From Eledone cirrhosa (Eukaryota): a stretch of DNA of 64,000 nt. The DNA is taken from contig OZ024740.1 of NCBI GenBank assembly GCA_964016885.1, positions 356,376,001-356,440,000 of the forward strand. Reading direction: 5' to 3'. The notes beneath the pieces were generated by a model. It had not been told where the DNA came from. It saw only the letters and a list, made by a program, of their open reading frames with translations, and made no database searches. The translations under genes and the position numbers were made by a program. Below are positions 53,358 to 64,000 of this stretch, piece after piece; position 1 is the first letter of the stretch; each line of letters starts with the position of its first letter.

Positions 53358-54192
53358 TAGCCGAATTACCCGCGCCTTATTGCGTTTCACACATTTTTTT
53401 TGTAAGAAAATGATGATTGATTTTAAATCAAACGCTTGTCTTTCTTCTTCAGAGTCATTTCTTCTTGCAACTATATGGGGAAATCTATCTTGTTCCTTTC
53501 TTTCTTGATGCTCACCAAAGGTTTCATTTTGCTGAGACTCTGTTTGCCTCTGTCTTTGGCGAGAAAGTCGTTCTTCCCTTGCATCACGGCTTTCATTTTG
53601 CCGAGACTCTGTTTGCTTCTGTCTTTGGCTAGAAAGTTGTTCTTTCCTTGCATCACAGCTTTCAGATTGACGACAAAGCCTCATCCTTTTTGCATGTGGA
53701 TTATTTGTATAACTGGATTTTCTTTTCCGTGGCATAAGGGATGTCTGAAAAAATGTCTAAATTAGCCTAATGTTACTATAAAAGAGAGGTGCTTTTGTGT
53801 TGATTTACGTTTAATTAATAGAAAAACGCCGTGATAATAGAGGTTCCAATACTCAAGTTATGGGCTTCCAAAACTTTCACTATAGGGGGTTTAACCCCCA
53901 TTAGGGTGTTATAATATTATTGAAATTTGCTGAAATTTTGTGAATAGGCACCATACCTATCATTTACCTATGCATTAAATTGCATATAAATCAAGAGGAA
54001 AAAAATTTCAGTGGGGGTGTGTACCCCCCCGGGAAACCCTTTGATTGAAATGAAATATACTTATCCAAGTACATTGGGCAATGTAGATTCTGAGTATATA
54101 TGGTTATGGGGGTCTATCTCCAAAACCATAAGGGGAGTTCGTGAACACGCAAACAACCAATCAAACAACCAAACAGACAAGAACTACAACTT

Positions 54193-54200
<8 letters not shown>
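53357..54200 (-). mobile_element. Non-autonomous Helitron with N-terminal Rep-helicase leader remnant
   Basis: 3' end cgcaataaggcgcgggtaattcggCTAG|t; 5' tatataaag..gtctgtttg; ORF 53316-53735 has R/E/Q-rich repeats (ESxDARxERL) typical of Helitron N-termini. Confidence 0.75.
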
Positions 54201-54239
<39 letters not shown>

Positions 54240-54677
54240 CTGTTTCTACGTTTGGCACAAGGCCAGCAATTACCCAGTGCATTACTGGTACTTTATATAT
54301 ATATATATATACGGCGAAGAATTAGTTTTGCGAGGTTTTTGATATGAAATCGTCTGTCGAAACAAATATTATTATACTTGGGGAGGGTCATATTTGTGTA
54401 ATAATATTGCCAGAATTAATAACAGAATACACACACTGTTTGGTTGGTTTTCGCTTCTGTGTCTTTTATATCGGTTAATTTAATTTATTCGGTCCTCAAT
54501 GTTACCATTGACTGACCAACGGTAAAAAATACAGATATAATATAGACACAAACACATATATATAGTCTAACAAAGTTCTTCGTTGCACATCTGCAACATC
54601 GCCAGTGGTGCTATTATGTTTCCTCCTGTTGTATTGTATGCCTACGCCATCTTTTAGATGGCGTGGGCATATAATAC

Positions 54678-55973
<1,296 letters not shown>

Positions 55974-56002
55974 ATACATCTATCTATCTATCTACCTATC
56001 AC

Positions 56003-56077
<75 letters not shown>

Positions 56078-56188
56078 AGTGGTGCTGAGACCAGGGAATC
56101 CGAAAATCAGAGGAGAACACTATACATATGAAGAAGCATCTCTCTATATATATTTTATATATATATGCATATTTATCTTATATATATA

Positions 56189-57591
<1,403 letters not shown>

Positions 57592-57593
57592 AC

Positions 57594-58255
57594 GGAAGGT
57601 GTCTTTCGCTAATTTCCTATAGCTGAAATACGATTCTCGATCATTTATATTTGTATTAATCTCCAGAGTCTAGCTATTAACCAGTTAATGTTTTTGATTT
57701 TTTTAGTTAATTCTATTGACGTTTAGTTAATTCTAATAGCTCTTGTTTATTTTTAAAACTATTCTGTCGAGAGATTAATTCGTTTTGCGATATTTTGCAA
57801 TTTTGCAATAACACACGTACTGAATTCATCCGCCAAAACTAGGGGTTGTCCCCCTTATCACACCTCACGTGGGTTTTGATAACGGTCAGTCCTTGGCTTT
57901 GAACATAACTAAATGCCTGTTGAAAAAGTGACTTCCTTGTTCGATCATCATACCAAAAGCTAAACATTATTTGCTTAAGCAGACAGTACCTGATTTAGGA
58001 GTTGCAGAAACCCCATACTGGTTAATACCAACGTTTCCGGGGGTCCGGGTATAATTTTCAATCATATTTTATTATTTGTTTGACCCGAATTGCTTGGTCG
58101 TTTCTATGGCTGTGCGGATAATAGTTTAACCATCGTCTCTGTGTGTTTGGCCTTTTAACTTACGTTGTTGCTCTAGTACACTTGCCTCACATCTCGGAAG
58201 GTGTTCTTCGCTAATTTCCAATAGCCGAAATACGATTCTCGCTAATTTATATATA
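57594..58255. mobile_element. About 660-bp element with terminal direct repeats
   Basis: cggaaggtgt..ttcgctaatttcc.atagc.gaaatacgattctcg at 57594 and 58195. Confidence 0.6.
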
Positions 58256-59384
58256 TATAAATTAGCGAGTAGGACCCCGACGGCTGAGCTCAAGCCGCTT
58301 TGACGGCTAATTCTGGACTGAATATATATATATATTTAATTGTTCAATACTTAGGACTTTCTCAACACTCTAGATAGGAAATATTTTTCAAATATATTAA
58401 ACATGAATATTTGTTCATGTATAAATGCTTATATTCACATTCTATTCATACTTATTTAAACTGTCAATCAACACATTCAGGACTTTTCTAGAATAATATA
58501 ATGTGTTACTGGACCTACTTTATCTGTCTTCGGACTTGAAGTTTTATATTTAAAATTCTTTTTCTGCTCTCAGGATGATTACACCTCTTGGAATTGGAAT
58601 AAAATTCACACTATCACATGAAAAGCCTCTCACAAGGTCGGGTCTTCTTGTCTTCCGACTAATGAATCACTGAAAATGTATCACCAACTCCTGCTTGCCC
58701 GGTAGGTTCACGGTCTCAATTAGAGAGCTAAGTATTTGGATTCGCGTAATATATACTTGTAAGTAAACCACCACCATACTTACCACCATCGGAACGGAGT
58801 GGCTAGATGCAGGTGTGAGCCTCGCGAGCTGGAATGATTCTTCCAACGCGTCTCCCTCCCCATCCTACGGGGAAACGCCTTCTCAATTCTGTCCGCCACA
58901 GCCACATGGCGGCCAGCGCATGGGCCCGCATTCGCTTATAATTGTGAGAAATGGTGAGCGAGAGAGGCGGAGGCAGTGATTATATAAGCATCGAAGATAT
59001 TACAACCATTATACACAATTAATCAACCACTTTGAATGGGCTTCTCCGATAAAAAATACCTTTTTCGTTTTGTTTTTTTGTAAATCTCTACACAAAATCT
59101 TTTCAATTTCTTGTTGCTGGAAACCATAGGCCTATTTTGCTCAAATATGTAACTGCTTTACATTTGTGTTCTCGGAGATAAAACTTCTTTCTCTCACTTT
59201 CCTCACAAAATCTTCAAAAGAACTTGAATTTCCTCACTCTATTGACTATTTGTATTTCTTTGCGACTTGCATCATCCAAAATCCGAATTAATTTTTTCAC
59301 GAATCTTTAGCATTACGTGCTAATATGAAAGGTGAAACCTATGTAGACATTAAGAAAAGGATTTGAAGTACCACTTTGGTATAG

Positions 59385-59402
59385 ATATACATATGTATAT
59401 AA

Positions 59403-59434
<32 letters not shown>

Positions 59435-59475
59435 GTATATATATGTATATATATGTACATACATATATATATATG

Positions 59476-59507
<32 letters not shown>

Positions 59508-59548
59508 TATGTGTATGTACATATATATATATATATATATGTATGTAC

Positions 59549-59597
<49 letters not shown>

Positions 59598-59604
59598 TAT
59601 ATAC

Positions 59605-59635
<31 letters not shown>

Positions 59636-59731
59636 CATACATATATATATATATATATAAATATATTTATATATACACATATATATATACATATATATAC
59701 ATATATACACACACACATACACCCCCCCCCC

Positions 59732-59770
<39 letters not shown>
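59385..59770. repeat. Long degenerate (TA)n/(CA)n tract
   Basis: Direct inspection. Confidence 0.95.
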
Positions 59771-59778
<8 letters not shown>

Positions 59779-59899
59779 AAAACCACAAACCCTCAACTTC
59801 AAAATTGAAAAGCATATGAACTGTGAAACCGGTAAAGGAAACAATTAAATATTCTTAAAAAGACTCTAGTTTCATTTTCAATTTCTTGTCCACACAATA

Positions 59900-60837
59900 C
59901 AATATAATTTCCGATTATCCAGACAATACAATATAGTTAGCATCGCAAAACGTTTAATTGGGAATATACTCCGTTATTTCCTAATGTTTGTTAGTGAGTT
60001 GGAAATTGGTCGGAGTATCGCTAATAGCTTTCTCCGTTTATATATTTATGTATTATACCCTTGGATCGGCAGACATGAATTTTCCCGATATAAGGTATGA
60101 CTCTCTTTATTTATTTTTTATATGAATATTGATGGTTTGTTCCTGTATCTCATATCTGTTATTTTGCCTGAGAAAATACCTCTATATGTCCTTAAAACAG
60201 TGCACACATATATTTATTTTTTCATATCCACTTGAGTTCTCCTCACGAGGCTTGAATTCTTGACAGGGTTCAATGACCTGCGTGTATATTATTTTATTTT
60301 CGCGATGACCTCCCCCTTCTATTCGGGGACAGTGTGAGATTTTCTTTAGAACTGCTGGACATACAACCTAGGCAGCTCTTTCTAGCACTAATGGAGATTA
60401 TTGCTAAATATTAATGTTGATTTAGTTATTAATATTGATATTATTGGGCAGCCACTGAAGATTTATAAGTACCACTTGCATGGGAATCCATTGATCTTAT
60501 GCGAGCTTCTAAATAACTTGGTAACATTTCACCCACCATGTAGAAATCTTATAATGAAACGATCGTATGGGGAATGAGATTTTAATATATCTCATATAAA
60601 ATAATTGTTTCTACTTTAGGCACAAGGCCAGCAATTATCCAGTGCATTACTGGTACTTTATTTTATCGACCCCGTAAGGATGAAAGGAAAAGTCAACCTC
60701 GGCGGGATACAGCCGATTATCCATACAATAAAATATAGTTAGCAGCCCAAACGTTTAATTGGGAATATACTCCGGTATTTCCTAATGTTTGTTGAGTGAG
60801 TTGGAAATTGGTCGCAGTATCGCTAATAGATTTCTCC

Positions 60838-60840
<3 letters not shown>
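59900..60840 (+). mobile_element. HHR element with about 130-bp terminal direct repeats and a nested SINE fragment (60600-60707)
   Basis: ccgattatcca.acaata.aatatagttagca...tttctccgtttata repeated at 59911 and 60712; homologous to 28146-28882. Confidence 0.82.
60451..60572 (+). ncRNA. Type I hammerhead ribozyme, canonical core
   Basis: cca-CTGAAGA-tttataag...cttataat-GAAA-cgatcg-TA^tgg; stem II base conserved relative to the 28581 copy. Confidence 0.78.
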
Positions 60841-60887
<47 letters not shown>

Positions 60888-60966
60888 GTGTGTGTGTGTG
60901 TGTTAAGTATTTCCGCGGAAAGGGTAAATGAAAGAAGAGTGCTCTATGTATAGTACAGTGCTATTT

Positions 60967-61155
60967 AATTATGTAATAAACAACATAATATAATTATTCC
61001 ATTACCCAAGGTTTCACGAAGTTAGACGATTCTAACAGAGGCATCTGAATCCATCCCTATTTCATGAACGGATTCAGACGCCTCTGTTAGAATCGTCTGA
61101 CTTCGTGAAACCTTGGGTAATGGAATAATTATATTATGTTGTTTATTAGATAATT
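60967..61155. mobile_element. Palindromic fold-back with HHR 3' half in each arm
   Basis: About 87-bp arms; GAAA-ccttggg-TA-atggaat at 61107. Confidence 0.8.
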
Positions 61156-61452
61156 ATATATATATATACCACTTTGACCCCTCTAACTAAATTTTGTCCG
61201 AACAACACCACTAGAAGTATCTACTTCCCAGCCAACCTTAGCACGCCTCATTAAGCTAACTGCTGCCAAAACATTCTCTCTTCACAATCTCTACTAGTCT
61301 GACAGTCTTAAACCCTAAGACTCCCTCCACCTTACTCACTTCCCTCTTCCCCTTCTCTTCCTACCTCCTTCTTTATCTTTTATCTAGTGTATAAAATATT
61401 TTCATATCATTCTAATACAAAGGTCTGATGACATGGTGTAAATTTTTTCTCC

Positions 61453-61535
<83 letters not shown>

Positions 61536-62109
61536 AATGTATATATATATATAAATATATATATATGCGTGTGTGTGTGTGTGTTTGCGTGCTTATGTAT
61601 ACATAGACATATATCTATATGTATGTATGAATTTGTATGTGTATGTATGTGTGCGTCTGCATGTTTATGTGTTTGTATCCATGTTTGTGCTTAAGTTTAC
61701 GAGGAGCTGGATTCTAAGTCTTGTGCCAGGAAAATATATATTTTGTAAATGTATGTATTTCGATTAATATATAGGTTTCCATGCAAGGAAACCTTGATAA
61801 CATTTTGAAAATATTCGCTCGTTTATGCACGTTGATTCCAAGTTGCTCTTTTATGTAAAGGTTGATTATTAGATCACTTTGAGAGCCGTCGTAACATCTT
61901 CGACAACTTTATCTCTCGTTGTTACTTTCTAGGGTCTTGCTATATGAGCAGCAATTTTGTGTGGATATTTCCTCTTTGATAATAATTCATGAAGGCATCA
62001 GTTATTTTACTGCTACGAGTACTGCAAACAAATTGTGTTCGGAGAACATATGGTCAAATGTGTATATATTTACATTAGTATGAAAGACATGATTTTATCT
62101 TCTAAATAA

Positions 62110-62211
<102 letters not shown>

Positions 62212-62335
62212 GATAAAATTTTTAGAAGATAAAATATTTACAAGATAAAATATATATATATATATATATAAATATAATTGGTGTTGGATGCTTAAAGCGT
62301 CCGTATACGGTAGGCCGTCTGATTCGTAGAATCAA

Positions 62336-62431
62336 GACGTATGTGAGGACCTTGCGATTTTCAGAGTCAGGTTCGATCATCACATCGATCGTGCCTCGAG
62401 CTGGCCGCCAGAGAAACGATTGTAATATGTC
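62336..62431 (+). ncRNA. Type I hammerhead motif (C3>G)
   Basis: gacgtat-GTGAGGA-ccttgcg...cgccaga-GAAA-cgattg-TA-atatgtc, followed by aataaa. Confidence 0.65.
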
Positions 62432-62474
62432 CAATAAATTCCATTCGTCGCAACACTGATTCTCTTTCTTTCTA

Positions 62475-62505
<31 letters not shown>

Positions 62506-62554
62506 CTAATCCAAACCAAACAGTGAGTGTGTTTTATTATTATTTCTGGCAAAA

Positions 62555-62770
62555 GGATGGTTGATTGGCTGTATCGGTAGTGAGTCGGACACCATGCTTT
62601 GCAGCATAGAGTTACGGCCCTTTACGGTCTGAGTTCAAATCCCGCCGAGGTTGTCTTTGCCTTTCATCCTTACGAGGTCGATAAAATAAAGTACCAATCA
62701 CGCACTGGGGTCGATTTAATCGACTTTCCTCTACCCCAGGATTGCTGGCCTTGTGCCTATATTAGAAGCC
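62555..62770 (+). mobile_element. tRNA-derived SINE, main family
   Basis: Consensus match. Confidence 0.88.
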
Positions 62771-62843
62771 CTTATTATTTCTGGCAATATTATAACGATA
62801 TCATCCTCCCCAAATATATATATATATCACTGTTGTAACTAAT

Positions 62844-62953
<110 letters not shown>

Positions 62954-62971
62954 TAAATATATATATATATA

Positions 62972-63364
62972 TATTGGTAAACGGAATAGAAAATGCTGAC
63001 AAATTGTTCACAGTTGAAAAATGGTTTAATTAGGAATAAAAGAGTATTAGTAATTGTATGGATTAGTATTCAGTTGTGGTTTTAATTTTTTTAAAGTTTT
63101 TACCGGTTGCGCATTTCTAGATGCTTTTCAAAAATAATTTTGAGATAGAGCGTCCGTGATGTTTGCTCTGATCTGAGCAAAAATCAGAGCAAACATCACG
63201 GACGCTCTATCTCAAAATTATTTTTGAAAAGCATTAGAAATGCGCAACCGGTAAAACTTAAAACCAAAACTGAATACTAACCAATACTATTACTAATTCT
63301 CACTTATTCCTAATTAAACTATTTTTCACTGTGAACAATTTGTCAGCATTTTCTATTCCGTTTA

Positions 63365-63370
<6 letters not shown>
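62972..63370. mobile_element. Palindrome (about 195-bp arms) of the Penelope-like 3' end within (TA)n
   Basis: tattggtaaacggaatagaaaatgctgacaaattg...gtttgctctgat mirrored as atcagagcaaac...tttaccaata. Confidence 0.9.
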
Positions 63371-63412
<42 letters not shown>

Positions 63413-63627
63413 AATATACACGCATATATATGTATATATATGCGTGTATATAGGTGTGTGTGTGTATGGTCGAATCGTAGGTTGGAATCGTCGGGGTGAC
63501 GTATTGACACACGGTGACTTTGGAGCATTTTAAAACATGATAGAGCCCATCTCCTTTTTAGGAGGGGAGGTAGTATTAGAAAGAAAATGAGAAAGATATA
63601 TAGAGCAATAACACGCACACACACACA

Positions 63628-63779
<152 letters not shown>

Positions 63780-64000
63780 GCATATATATATATTTATGTT
63801 TGCATGTGCGTGTGAGCCGGCGTATGTAGGTGCCTTCGGACGATGACACGTATAAACCAGTAAACACGAGGGACAAAGTTAATTGAACCTAACATCACCT
63901 ATTTCAAATATATTCCTCTCTGAAATGTATTTATGTAAAATTGTTCCAGTGGAGAAAATGTATCGTGTAAACTCTCTCCTTTCGTTTGAAACTGTAATTT

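Noticed and set aside
53316-53735. 139-aa basic, repeat-rich ORF as a host gene
   Set aside because: Lies inside a Helitron-like element and runs through its CTAG end into (TA)n
58650-58745. Possible hammerhead (ctaatga...gagagctaagta)
   Set aside because: Multiple core mismatches and a weak stem II

Overview
AT-rich, microsatellite-dense eukaryotic DNA. The SINE/LINE repertoire looks like a cephalopod (octopus-like) genome, but this is inference. No intact host protein-coding gene is supported: most ORF-track entries are translations of (TA)n/(CA)n/(TATG)n tracts or antisense frames of LINEs. Recognisable content: several truncated non-LTR retrotransposons (RTE clade and RLE/R4-Dong-like), about 18 copies of one tRNA-derived SINE family plus two other SINE families, a non-autonomous Helitron, hAT and other MITEs, a candidate CCAAT/YY1 promoter, and weak exon-like segments at 37-42 kb. 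The main hidden signal is a dense, sequence-diverse set of short elements embedded in (TA)n tracts. They are arranged as fold-backs or with terminal direct repeats and carry type I hammerhead ribozyme (HHR) motifs with a palindromic mini-stem III and an unusually long stem II. About ten complete or near-complete motifs were found, plus several halves. One (TA)n-embedded family retains the C-terminus of a Penelope-like GIY-YIG endonuclease, pointing to a Penelope-like/retrozyme-type system.
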